From Promethearchaeota archaeon (lineage in GTDB: Archaea > Asgardarchaeota > Lokiarchaeia > Sigyniarchaeales > SOKP01), in assembly GCA_048938445.1 (NCBI GenBank), contig JBHLME010000102.1, positions 1 to 16,326 of the forward strand: a DNA stretch of 16,326 nucleotides, in the 5' to 3' direction. Positions 1 through 8,375 of this stretch are shown piece after piece (positions within the stretch are counted from its first letter, which is position 1; every line of letters starts with the position of its first letter). Position numbers and translations under genes: made by a program. The notes beneath the pieces are model-generated. The model was not told the origin of the DNA. It saw only the letters and a program-made list of their open reading frames with translations, and made no database searches.

Positions 1-583
1 TATTAATAAATTCTGAAATATTTTCGAGAGGGATGGTAAATAACAATGGAATGTATTGTTCATCATCATCTCTATTTTTAAAAGCAACTTGATAAAATGA
101 TTCTAAAGCTTCTATAGATACTACATGAATACTTGGTAGATTCACGAATACAATATCGCGATTTATTTCAAAGTCTTCTAAGTTTGTTATTGGATTTTTC
201 ACGTAATCAATTTCAAATACATTGTAAGATTTTTGGATTAAACGCTTGTCAGTAATGATAGAAATTTCTGAATATTTCATCAAATTCTTTGAAGTGGTTT
301 TTAAATTATCCATTATTTTAAGATATTTTAATATTCCAGGAATTATTAAAAATATTCCAAATATGACAAAACTAGCTATAGATAATGAGAGTATTGATAT
401 TAATACGGCTATTGGATCTTGGATTAGGATATAATACAATAAGTTAAATAAGATACTTAGAGATATCGTTAATATTATGCCAATTACTATTTTTAAAATT
501 GGAATTTTTAATAGATTCTTTGTTTCCACATACTTCCATAGAATTTTTTCTTCTTCTAATAAATATCTTTCAATTTCTTCCAT
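1..583 (-). CDS. Membrane protein with 2 N-terminal TM helices and a probable bacterial-type PH domain (bPH_2-like); 3' end runs off the window
   Basis: Not in the ORF track. ATG at 583-581 reads open to the edge: MEEIERYLLEEEKILWKYVETKNLLKIPILKIVIGIILTISLSILFNLLYYILIQDPIAVLISILSLSIASFVIFGIFLIIPGILKY...SIITDKRLIQK... The 'E.ILW' N-terminus, two hydrophobic segments and 'ITDKR' resemble bPH_2/DUF304-type membrane proteins. Confidence 0.75.
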   Translation of the reverse strand, partial: MEEIERYLLEEEKILWKYVETKNLLKIPILKIVIGIILTISLSILFNLLYYILIQDPIAVLISILSLSIASFVIFGIFLIIPGILKYLKIMDNLKTTSKNLMKYSEISIITDKRLIQKSYNVFEIDYVKNPITNLEDFEINRDIVFVNLPSIHVVSIEALESFYQVAFKNRDDDEQYIPLLFTIPLENISEFIN

Positions 584-753
584 TTTGAGCAACAAAAAAA
601 CCTATATATTGAATACCAACTTGAATTTAACTTCGAAATTATTTTTAAAAGATCGGTATGAAAGATTAAAATATAATATGATAAAAGTATTACTTTTAAA
701 TATCACTTAATTAAAATAACATATAAAAAAGACAAAAAAAGTGGGCGATAAAA

Positions 754-2175
754 ATGGTGAAGAGACCGAGTAACAAAATTATTGCAATTATTATCATCTT
801 TATCGTGGTTGGAGGTTCTCTTGGAATTATAGGTATTTACTTCTTCTTAAATAATATGGATAATGGAAATTCTGATGGTCTTAATAATATTATTATATGG
901 ACATGGGTGTCGGGAAATAAAACAACTAATATAAATGGCACATATGGTATTAAAGGTATTCCAGATTCGAGAAATCAACCAGGGAGTAGAACAGGTGCGA
1001 TTTCTTGGATAGATACAAATGATACTCTCTGGCTCTATGGAGGGTGGGGATATGGAGAATCGGAACAGGAAGGATTATTAAATGACCTGTGGAAATTTGA
1101 AGATGGGATCTGGACGTGGGTGTCAGGAAATAAAACAACTAATCTAAGTGGTACTTATGGTATTAAAGGTGTTCCTGATAAGGAAAATCATCCCGGTGGT
1201 AGAGCTTATGCTGTTTCTTGGACTGATTCTTATGATAATCTCTGGCTCTTTGGGGGATTAAGTGTTAATGAAACAGGTGTAGAAGGAGGATATAACGACT
1301 TGTGGAAATACAATGGAGTGAACTGGACCTGGGTGTCGGGAAATAAAACAGCTAGAGTGTATGGGGTGTATGGCACGAAGGGTGTTCCTGACACGGCCAA
1401 TTATCCCGGAAGTAGAGGTGCAGCGATATCTTGGATTGATTCCGATGATAATTTTTGGCTCTTTGGAGGTATAGGTTATTCTGAGCCAGAAAATATAGGA
1501 TATTTAAACGATTTATGGAAATATAATGGAGTGAACTGGACTTGGATGTCCGGGAATAAAACAATAGAACAATTTGGCGAATATGGTACAAAGGGTGTTC
1601 CTGATATGGCTAATTATCCTGGAAGTAGGGAAGATGCTATTTCTTGGACGGATTCTGACGATAATCTCTGGCTTTTTGGCGGCTGGGGGTATGCTGAACC
1701 GTTAGAGTCGGATCTCTTAAACGATCTATGGAAATTTGATGGTAAGAACTGGACATGGGTTTCAGGACAAAAAACTGCTAATTCAATTAGTGTTTATGGT
1801 ACAATGGGGGTACCAGATGCAGCAAATTATCCTGGATCTAGAGAACTTAGCCTTTCTTGGATTGATTCGAATGATAACCTCTGGCTATTTGGAGGACAAG
1901 GTTGTCTTGAGTCGGTAGGAACAACACATCTAAATGACTTGTGGAAATTTGATGGTATTAATTGGACTTGGATATCGGGAACTAAAACACTAGAGTCATT
2001 TGGCAATTATGGCACTCAAGATTTACCTGATATTACAAATTATCCTGGTGGTAGAAGCCATGCCATTTCTTGGACGGATTCTGACGATAATCACTGGTTA
2101 TTTGGAGGGTGGGGGTTTTCCGAATCAGGATCAGCAGGGCGTCTTAATGACCTGTGGAAATTTCATCTTATATAA
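754..2175 (+). CDS. Membrane-anchored Kelch-like (galactose-oxidase-type) beta-propeller protein, 6 repeats
   Basis: N-terminal basic residues plus a hydrophobic anchor (IIAIIIIFIVVGGSLGIIGIYFFL), then six repeats of WTWxSG...GxYG..G.PD..N.PG.R...SW.D..D.LWLFGG.G........LNDLWK(F/Y). GG and W are Kelch hallmarks. Confidence 0.9.
   Translation: MVKRPSNKIIAIIIIFIVVGGSLGIIGIYFFLNNMDNGNSDGLNNIIIWTWVSGNKTTNINGTYGIKGIPDSRNQPGSRTGAISWIDTNDTLWLYGGWGYGESEQEGLLNDLWKFEDGIWTWVSGNKTTNLSGTYGIKGVPDKENHPGGRAYAVSWTDSYDNLWLFGGLSVNETGVEGGYNDLWKYNGVNWTWVSGNKTARVYGVYGTKGVPDTANYPGSRGAAISWIDSDDNFWLFGGIGYSEPENIGYLNDLWKYNGVNWTWMSGNKTIEQFGEYGTKGVPDMANYPGSREDAISWTDSDDNLWLFGGWGYAEPLESDLLNDLWKFDGKNWTWVSGQKTANSISVYGTMGVPDAANYPGSRELSLSWIDSNDNLWLFGGQGCLESVGTTHLNDLWKFDGINWTWISGTKTLESFGNYGTQDLPDITNYPGGRSHAISWTDSDDNHWLFGGWGFSESGSAGRLNDLWKFHLI
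898..2172 (+). repeat. Six intragenic tandem repeats of exactly 213 nt (71 aa)
   Basis: The WTW codons (tggac.tgg) begin at 898, 1111, 1324, 1537, 1750 and 1963, a constant 213-nt spacing. Confidence 0.95.
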
Positions 2176-2376
2176 TTCAATCAATATTGGAAAGTAAAAT
2201 CATGAATATATTTCCAACAAGTTTAAATAATGACTCATTGGTAAAAATTATTTTATCCTTATCTTTAGATAATCATTATCCAATATCTTTCATTGTAAAT
2301 AATAATAAAAATTTATAAAAGATTATTTCAAATTGTTAATAACTTGATATTTTAAACAATATATCATTGTATAATT

Positions 2377-2393
2377 ACTCAAATTATTTGAGT
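2377..2393. promoter_or_regulatory. Palindrome ACTCAAAT-T-ATTTGAGT, candidate operator next to a TTTATAAA box
   Basis: Perfect 8-bp inverted repeat with a 1-nt spacer, directly followed by ttttataaa (2394-2402). Confidence 0.3.
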
Positions 2394-2870
2394 TTTTATA
2401 AATAAGTCTCATCCAACACGTTATCAGGTGTAAAACTGTAATGATAAATAAATGGAATTTTATGAGATTTTTTAAGATATTTATTTAAATCAAATGCTAA
2501 TTATGTAATATATTTTGTTGATAAAATGGAAATAAATCGCTTAATCCTTAAATATGTTAGATTCTGCCTTATTTTTTATTAAATAAACTCCAAATGATTA
2601 AGAAAAATTAGTTTTCTTTCGTTTAATGCAATTTTACCATTATGAACATCTTAATAAAAATGTGCATTTTCAAGATTTTTTGTATAATTTTTTTATATTC
2701 TTTTTAAAAACTGGATAATCATTTTTAAATAAAATTATTTTTGTCATGAGAAATAAAAGAAAATTTTTTTTTTTAAATTAAATTCGTGCGTTTTTTTTGC
2801 TCATATCTTTACAAATAAGAAGTATATTAAAAATCTAATAATTAATTATGTGATAAATGAGATTAAAGAG

Positions 2871-2999
2871 CTATTTAACGGAATAATTAAACAGAAAATC
2901 CATGAAATCGCCGAAAGATTTAAATTTTTGTTTTGTTAAATAAGTAACGACGAAGTGAAATTCGTCACTCATCGTAGTGGAATGTTTGTTTTGAGCCAT
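2871..2999 (-). CDS. Small 42-aa protein, possibly ribbon-helix-helix/antitoxin-like
   Basis: MAQNKHSTTMSDEFHFVVTYLTKQKFKSFGDFMDFLFNYSVK*. GGAGG (minus strand 3013-3009) lies 9 nt before the ATG, and the segment is visibly GC-richer than its flanks. It is below the ORF-track length cutoff. Confidence 0.65.
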   Translation of the reverse strand: MAQNKHSTTMSDEFHFVVTYLTKQKFKSFGDFMDFLFNYSVK

Positions 3000-3054
3000 A
3001 ATTTTATTCCTCCACAACGCTTATAATAATAAGCATTCCATTACTCTTTTTTTT
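2974..3054 (+). ncRNA. Candidate structured (antisense) RNA: 17-bp stem plus 5-bp inner stem, followed by a U-tract
   Basis: 2974-2990 GUAGUGGAAUGUUUGUU pairs fully with 3028-3044 AAUAAGCAUUCCAUUAC (3 G-U pairs, no mismatches). 2992-2996 pairs with 3019-3023. A T-run follows at 3047-3054. Confidence 0.35.
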
Positions 3055-3314
3055 AATTTTCTGAGAATCATGCCTAAATAAATAATGCTATCTGCTTTAT
3101 AATTTATGATTTAATTGCATATTTACTTTTTTTAATTCAATTTATTATGTTGATTGTCCTAATAATCCTTTTTATTCTTATTGTCCACATTTTTGAATTT
3201 TTTTAGGTTTATAAACGAGAAGTATTAGTTAGATTCATAATTTTTTATAAAAAATTTTATTTAAAATGGAGCGTAGTATAGTAAATAAATTATAATAACT
3301 TGAGGTTAATAAAA

Positions 3315-4106
3315 TTGAATAGATTTGAAGGAAAAGTTGCTTTTATAACTGGTGGTGCTTCTGGTTTGGGAGAAAAAACAGCAAAAGATTTTGCAATGGA
3401 GGGTGCAAAGGTTGTACTATTTGATTTCGACAAAGAAAATGGAGAACGTGTAGAAAAAGAAATAAAAGATAATGGTGGGAACGTGATTTTCATCGAAGGG
3501 GATGTACGATTAAAAGATCAAGTCGAAAATGGAGTAAAAACCGCATTTGAAAAGCATGGCACTGTTGATTTCTTATTGCACTCTGCAGGGATCTTACAAG
3601 ACGGGATGATAAATAAATTATCTGAAGAACGCTGGGATAATGTCATTAATACACACCTTAAAGGATTTTTCTTAGTGTTACAAGCTTGCGTTATTAGATG
3701 GATTAATTATTGCAAAGAGAATCCAAAAGAGAATATTGCGGATTATCCCGATAAAAGAGTTATAACGATTAGTAGTCAAGCAGCTGAAGGTAATATTGGC
3801 CAATTGAATTATTCCGCAGCAAAAGCTGGAATGTTAGGAATGGTTAAAACTGCCGGATTAGAATTAATACGATACAATATTAAAACCCACGCGATAATGC
3901 CTACGCTAATAGAAACCCCAATTCTAGGGGAATTATTATCAAAAGACGATGGAAAATGGAGAAAATATTATTCAGGGAGAATTCCTCTAGGAATTGGTGT
4001 TCCTGATTATGTATCAAAGGTAATTCTCTTTCTATGCAGTGAAGAATCTTGGTTCATGAATGGAGAGATCATCGGCATTAATGGTGGACGATTAGATAAA
4101 GTATAA
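3315..4106 (+). CDS. Classical short-chain dehydrogenase/reductase (FabG/3-oxoacyl- or 3-hydroxyacyl-CoA-type)
   Basis: TGGASGLG cofactor motif, Asp at the end of beta-2 (LFDFD, suggesting NAD(H)), catalytic S (ISSQA) and YSAAK, C-terminal NGEIIGINGG. The start is probably TTG at 3315 behind GAGGT (3302-3306) rather than 3300. Confidence 0.9.
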   Translation: MNRFEGKVAFITGGASGLGEKTAKDFAMEGAKVVLFDFDKENGERVEKEIKDNGGNVIFIEGDVRLKDQVENGVKTAFEKHGTVDFLLHSAGILQDGMINKLSEERWDNVINTHLKGFFLVLQACVIRWINYCKENPKENIADYPDKRVITISSQAAEGNIGQLNYSAAKAGMLGMVKTAGLELIRYNIKTHAIMPTLIETPILGELLSKDDGKWRKYYSGRIPLGIGVPDYVSKVILFLCSEESWFMNGEIIGINGGRLDKV

Positions 4107-4166
4107 AAAAATTTATATCTATTTATTTCTTTTAATAATTTTAAAAATTAAGGAGTTAATATTTTA

Positions 4167-4844
4167 ATGTCTGAACCAGTTTTATTTTACATATCTTTTG
4201 GTTTTACTATTGGATTAGTAACTGTCAAATTTATCGTTGCATACCTTCTGTTTAAAATTTTTCAGAAATCGAAAGAAAATGAATTAGTACTTGGAGCATC
4301 TTTACTCTTTTTATTTAATGGGATAGGAAGGATTTTTATGATTATTTTTGATTATGTCCTGACAAGATTTAATTCCAATTTTTACTCTACCTATTTAATT
4401 TTTTACAAGATTGGATTTTTTATTGGATTTACAGGAATTGCTTGTCTATTATTTATTTCAGAAAGAGTCATACTAAAAAAAAAATCAAAATATATGATTA
4501 CAATCGTATTTAGCATATTTTTAATTATTGCACTCATCCCTGTAGATATTAATATAGTCCAAATAATTACTATTATACCTACTACGTTTGCTATGATCTA
4601 TCTCCCATTTAGTTATCTATATCTTGCCCGATATGATAAAATCAGAATACGAGCTTTATCGATTTTTGCAGGATATTTTCTCTTTTTCTTGGTTGGTTTT
4701 TCAATTTTAGCAGAAGGTATAGTTCAATTCTATATCTCACTTAATCCTACTCATCCCTTGGAAATCAGAAGCATAATTCATATAATCTCAGTTTTTTTTA
4801 AAGTTCTTGGAATGGGGCTTATTTTATATGGTTATCGTAGGTAA
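4167..4844 (+). CDS. Polytopic membrane protein, about 7 TM helices, function unknown
   Basis: Seven hydrophobic segments in 225 aa with no soluble domain; AGGAG ribosome-binding site upstream. Confidence 0.85.
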   Translation: MSEPVLFYISFGFTIGLVTVKFIVAYLLFKIFQKSKENELVLGASLLFLFNGIGRIFMIIFDYVLTRFNSNFYSTYLIFYKIGFFIGFTGIACLLFISERVILKKKSKYMITIVFSIFLIIALIPVDINIVQIITIIPTTFAMIYLPFSYLYLARYDKIRIRALSIFAGYFLFFLVGFSILAEGIVQFYISLNPTHPLEIRSIIHIISVFFKVLGMGLILYGYRR

Positions 4845-4926
4845 ATAAAATGATAAAAATCTTTCTTTTCATATATAAAAAGATTATCTTCAATTTTATT
4901 TTGAAAAATTTCTAACTAATTGTTGT

Positions 4927-5778
4927 TTAAAGTCCAAAACTAGGAAAAAAATAATCAGACAATCTTGAAAGGTTGAATCCAAAATAATATTTAACAATAT
5001 TTAACAAAAATTCTAAGTATTCAAATTGTATTTTTGTATCATATTCTTTAGATAGAAAATCGACCAAATTTTTTTTGCTTATTTTATTATCATCTGGATA
5101 ATTTTGAAGGATTTCTATTATAGATTTAGACATTAGAAATGATTTATTGATTTCATTTTTAAAAATGATTATTGCAGATTTGGAATCTGGTTCTGACCAA
5201 AATTTCCTAACAATAATATTTTCAATTTTGGTTTTATTAGAAAATTTTTCTTTATTCTGCTGTCTTAATACAGGATTCATTCCTACAATTATATGATTTT
5301 TATATTTTTTTTTATTTTTGATATACATTGTTCTATTACTAACTGAAAAGTCATGTTCAAACGTATTAAAAAAGAGAAATTTTATTAGATTGGCAATCTG
5401 ATTAACCACAACCTCACTATCATTTATAAATAAGATATCTTTCTTTATTAATATACAATTTAAGATATTAGCTAACTCATCTTCTTTAAGATTTAGTTTT
5501 ATTAAATAAAGATCAATTTCATTCATTATTTCAGGATTAATTTGATAAGGTTCTTCCGTCATATTTATTTGAGGAAGCTCTATCATAAAGTCTGGAGTAA
5601 AAGAATCACGCATCATGAAGTTTTTATCCACATATGCAACAAAAGAATGGGGGCAGATTAATAATTCTGGGACATTTAAGGATGCTATTCCCTTCTTACT
5701 TTGTTCTACTAAAGATTCATCAATTTCGATGATCCCCATCTTAGAACAAGAAGGACATTTGACTTTTACTTTTTTCAT
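4927..5778 (-). CDS. Hypothetical protein with N-terminal CPxC...CxH zinc-ribbon and possible DENN-like core
   Basis: KVKCPSC...ICPHSFVAYVDKNF N-terminus, a pattern I associate with an expanded Lokiarchaeal family. The central LANILNCILIKKDILFIND segment resembles the cDENN core (weak). Confidence 0.8.
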   Translation of the reverse strand: MKKVKVKCPSCSKMGIIEIDESLVEQSKKGIASLNVPELLICPHSFVAYVDKNFMMRDSFTPDFMIELPQINMTEEPYQINPEIMNEIDLYLIKLNLKEDELANILNCILIKKDILFINDSEVVVNQIANLIKFLFFNTFEHDFSVSNRTMYIKNKKKYKNHIIVGMNPVLRQQNKEKFSNKTKIENIIVRKFWSEPDSKSAIIIFKNEINKSFLMSKSIIEILQNYPDDNKISKKNLVDFLSKEYDTKIQFEYLEFLLNIVKYYFGFNLSRLSDYFFPSFGL

Positions 5779-5873
5779 ATTAAGGATAATAGTGTTAATT
5801 TACTTATTTAAATAATATATAAAAATGTCAAATATTTAATAAAGAATTAAATTCCTATATAAAAATAAAAAAA

Positions 5874-6431
5874 TCAAGGAGTCCAAGTGAGTATATATTG
5901 AGTTATCTTATCTCCTTCCCATGATTTTTTTAGGAATTCAAATTTCACTTTCTTTTTAAGGCACATCTCAAAAGATTTTTGCATCCATCCTATTGATGTA
6001 TAAAACCAATATTCAAACTTAGGTTCAAAATCAATGTATGCAATATGCACTTCGTTATCTGAAACCTTTTCTAATTGTAATTTACCAAAATTAAAAAGTA
6101 GTTTATGAAATCGTGGATACATTTCTAAAAGTTTATCAACTTTGCCCTCAACGATAATATTTTTATATATTGTAGACATTACAGCTTCACCGAATTGTTG
6201 CCCCCATTTTATTAAAATTTCCTTTGATTCACGTGCAAAAATCGTAGTTAAAGCATGATAACATTCATAATATGCATCAAAAGGATACCAAATTGAATCA
6301 AGAATGCGTTTATTTACTAATTCTTTCGCCTCATCAGAAAGAATGTTATCATAATCTTTGGCATTAAATTTATCTGATTTAATCCCTTTTATAATTAATT
6401 TAACTAAAGTTCCTTTTACTTTCCTCTCCAT
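5874..6431 (-). CDS. H-NOX/V4R-fold-like protein, array copy 1
   Basis: 185 aa; VKG, LSD, RILDSIWYP, WG..FGE, RFH, FNFG and GW motifs shared across the array. Confidence 0.85.
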   Translation of the reverse strand: MERKVKGTLVKLIIKGIKSDKFNAKDYDNILSDEAKELVNKRILDSIWYPFDAYYECYHALTTIFARESKEILIKWGQQFGEAVMSTIYKNIIVEGKVDKLLEMYPRFHKLLFNFGKLQLEKVSDNEVHIAYIDFEPKFEYWFYTSIGWMQKSFEMCLKKKVKFEFLKKSWEGDKITQYILTWTP

Positions 6432-6485
6432 GTTAATATCCCAACTTAAATAAAAAATTAAGTTATGATTATTATAAAAATTAAA

Positions 6486-6494
6486 GTATAAATA
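6486..6494 (-). promoter_or_regulatory. TATA-like box upstream of copy 1
   Basis: Minus-strand TATTTATAC ending 55 nt before the start codon; equivalent boxes precede the other copies. Confidence 0.4.
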
Positions 6495-6627
6495 ATTACT
6501 CTTAATGATAATATAGCTCTTTCTTTATAGAAACAAAAATTTAAATATATTTATGAATTTCCTAAAATCCATTTTGGTTCATTTTAATAAAATATGTTTA
6601 ATTTTTTTTATAGTTAAATCATTTAAC

Positions 6628-7179
6628 TTAAGAAGACCATGAAAGTTTAAATTGTGTTAAATCGGCACCTTCCCATGATTTTTTTAAAATTTCATATTGA
6701 GCTTTTTTACCAATACACAAGTCGATAAATTTATCAATCCATCCTATTGCGATATAGTAGAAGTTTCTGAAATCTTTTTCAAATTCTCTATAATTTACAA
6801 TGATTTGATTATCTGAAATGAGTTCGGATTGAATTTCACCAAAATTAAAAACCATTTTATGAAAACGGGCATATTTTTCTATGGCACTTTCAATATTTCC
6901 CTCGGTGATTGCTTGGGAATAAATTCGTGTCATCAACCGCTCACTTTCCACCCTACCCCATTTTATTATGACTTCTTTCTTATCGTTAGCAGTAACTTTA
7001 CATAATGCATTAAAGCACTCTTTATAAATGTCAAAAGGATACCATATCGAATCAAGAATTCTTTGATTCATCATTTCTTTTGCTTTATCTGAAAGGATAT
7101 TATCATAGGTCCCACTCTTATCAGCTTTTATTGCTTTAATAATCATTTTAAACATTGTTCCTTTTACTTGTTTCAACAT
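6628..7179 (-). CDS. H-NOX/V4R-fold-like protein, array copy 2
   Basis: 183 aa; same motifs; His107 codon at 6861-6859. Confidence 0.85.
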   Translation of the reverse strand: MLKQVKGTMFKMIIKAIKADKSGTYDNILSDKAKEMMNQRILDSIWYPFDIYKECFNALCKVTANDKKEVIIKWGRVESERLMTRIYSQAITEGNIESAIEKYARFHKMVFNFGEIQSELISDNQIIVNYREFEKDFRNFYYIAIGWIDKFIDLCIGKKAQYEILKKSWEGADLTQFKLSWSS

Positions 7180-7243
7180 AATACCAACCTTATCAATTAC
7201 TTAAATAAAGAAATAATTCCCCATGAATCATATGAAAACTCAA

Positions 7244-7252
7244 GTATAAAAA
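7244..7252 (-). promoter_or_regulatory. TATA-like box upstream of copy 2
   Basis: Minus-strand TTTTTATAC, 65 nt from the start codon. Confidence 0.55.
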
Positions 7253-7487
7253 TGTAATATATATTCAATAGGAATTATTTGCCTTTTTTTTATTCCTTTT
7301 GTTTAAATTTCAACGAAATCAATTACTAGAACAATTAACAACTTTAAAATAAGGATTCCAATTACTTTTAAACTGTTTCACGAAATTTTTCGATGAAATA
7401 ATAAAGTTATATTTAAATTTTTATAAATTCAACCATAAATGAATTAATCAAATAATTAAGGCGGACTATTTAAAACCTGAGTTCAAA

Positions 7488-8039
7488 TTATGAATTCCAA
7501 TATAACGTGAATGTTGTAGCAGTATCCCCATTCCATGATTGTTTTAAGATTCTAAAATTAACTTTTTTTCCAATACATAATTCCATGAATCGTTGCATCC
7601 ATCCAATCGCTATGTAGTAAAAAAATTCCCAATCCCTTTCAAATCTTTCATAAGTAATATTTATTTGAGTCTCTGAGATTTTTTCAGTTTTTATTTCCCC
7701 CCAATTGTAAACTAATGTATGAAAACGCCTATATCTTTCAAGAAGTTTCTCGATATCACTGTCAACAATAGTGTTTTTATATATTGATGTCATTATCCCT
7801 TCCCCAAATTTTTGACCCCATTGATTAAGAATTTTAGGATTATCTCTACCATCAATCTTAACAACCGCATCATGAATGCTTCGATATGCTTCATATGAAT
7901 ACCAAATTGAATCAAGAATTCTTTGGGATACTAAATTTTTTGCATCATCTGTAAGTATATTATCATAATCTCCATTTTTATTGGCTCTTGCTGCCTTAAC
8001 CATTAATTTAACCATTGTTCCTTTTACTTGTTTTGACAT
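7488..8039 (-). CDS. H-NOX/V4R-fold-like protein, array copy 3
   Basis: 183 aa; VKG, QRILDSIWY, RFH, NWGE, IAIGW. Confidence 0.85.
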   Translation of the reverse strand: MSKQVKGTMVKLMVKAARANKNGDYDNILTDDAKNLVSQRILDSIWYSYEAYRSIHDAVVKIDGRDNPKILNQWGQKFGEGIMTSIYKNTIVDSDIEKLLERYRRFHTLVYNWGEIKTEKISETQINITYERFERDWEFFYYIAIGWMQRFMELCIGKKVNFRILKQSWNGDTATTFTLYWNS

Positions 8040-8103
8040 GATGAAATTCTTATTATTTACTCAAATAAAAAAAACCTCCCCTCTATTTCTAATAATAATC
8101 CAT

Positions 8104-8112
8104 GTATAAAAA
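8104..8112 (-). promoter_or_regulatory. TATA-like box upstream of copy 3
   Basis: Minus-strand TTTTTATAC, 65 nt from the start codon. Confidence 0.55.
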
Positions 8113-8375
8113 TTTATCTTATATTATTAAATACCAGTCAAAAATCCTTTTTGATTTTAATTTAAATTCTATTTTAAAGCATTTACAAAAAAAAACCATA
8201 AATAAAGAATTAAAAATATAGTAATATGATCCCTTAGTTGTAATAAAAATTCATATTAAGTAAAAGAGATGGTTAGAATCGATATATCTAATAATTTTAT
8301 GTAATGTAATTATAGGAGAAGGTAAGAATTTATGTCAAATAATTCTGAGGTATATACATTATTCTATTTTTAATA

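Noticed and set aside
246-710. ORF-track entries 246..434 and 477..710 (+)
   Set aside because: Antisense shadows of the longer, protein-like minus-strand ORF starting at 583; no recognisable motifs.
898-2172. Regular 213-nt periodicity as a CRISPR array or DGR template
   Set aside because: The repeats are in-frame protein repeats with synonymous divergence; no repeat-spacer structure, cas genes or reverse transcriptase.
950-2197. Short ORFs 950..1138, 1352..1591, 1736..1918 and 2000..2197
   Set aside because: Alternative-frame or antisense shadows within the Kelch-repeat gene.
2202-2318. ~38-codon plus-strand ORF (MNIFPTSLNN...) after the Kelch gene
   Set aside because: Extremely AT-rich, Asn/Ile-biased, no clear ribosome-binding site; expected by chance.
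2945-2980. Hammerhead ribozyme or SECIS suggested by GATGA...GAA on the minus strand
   Set aside because: The CUGANGA core is not intact, no in-frame UGA selenoprotein candidate is nearby, and the segment is explained as coding for the 42-aa ORF.
4851-4888. AATCTTT...AAAGATT inverted repeat between convergent genes as a terminator
   Set aside because: Weak AT-only stem with a long loop; archaeal termination relies mainly on U-tracts, so support is insufficient.
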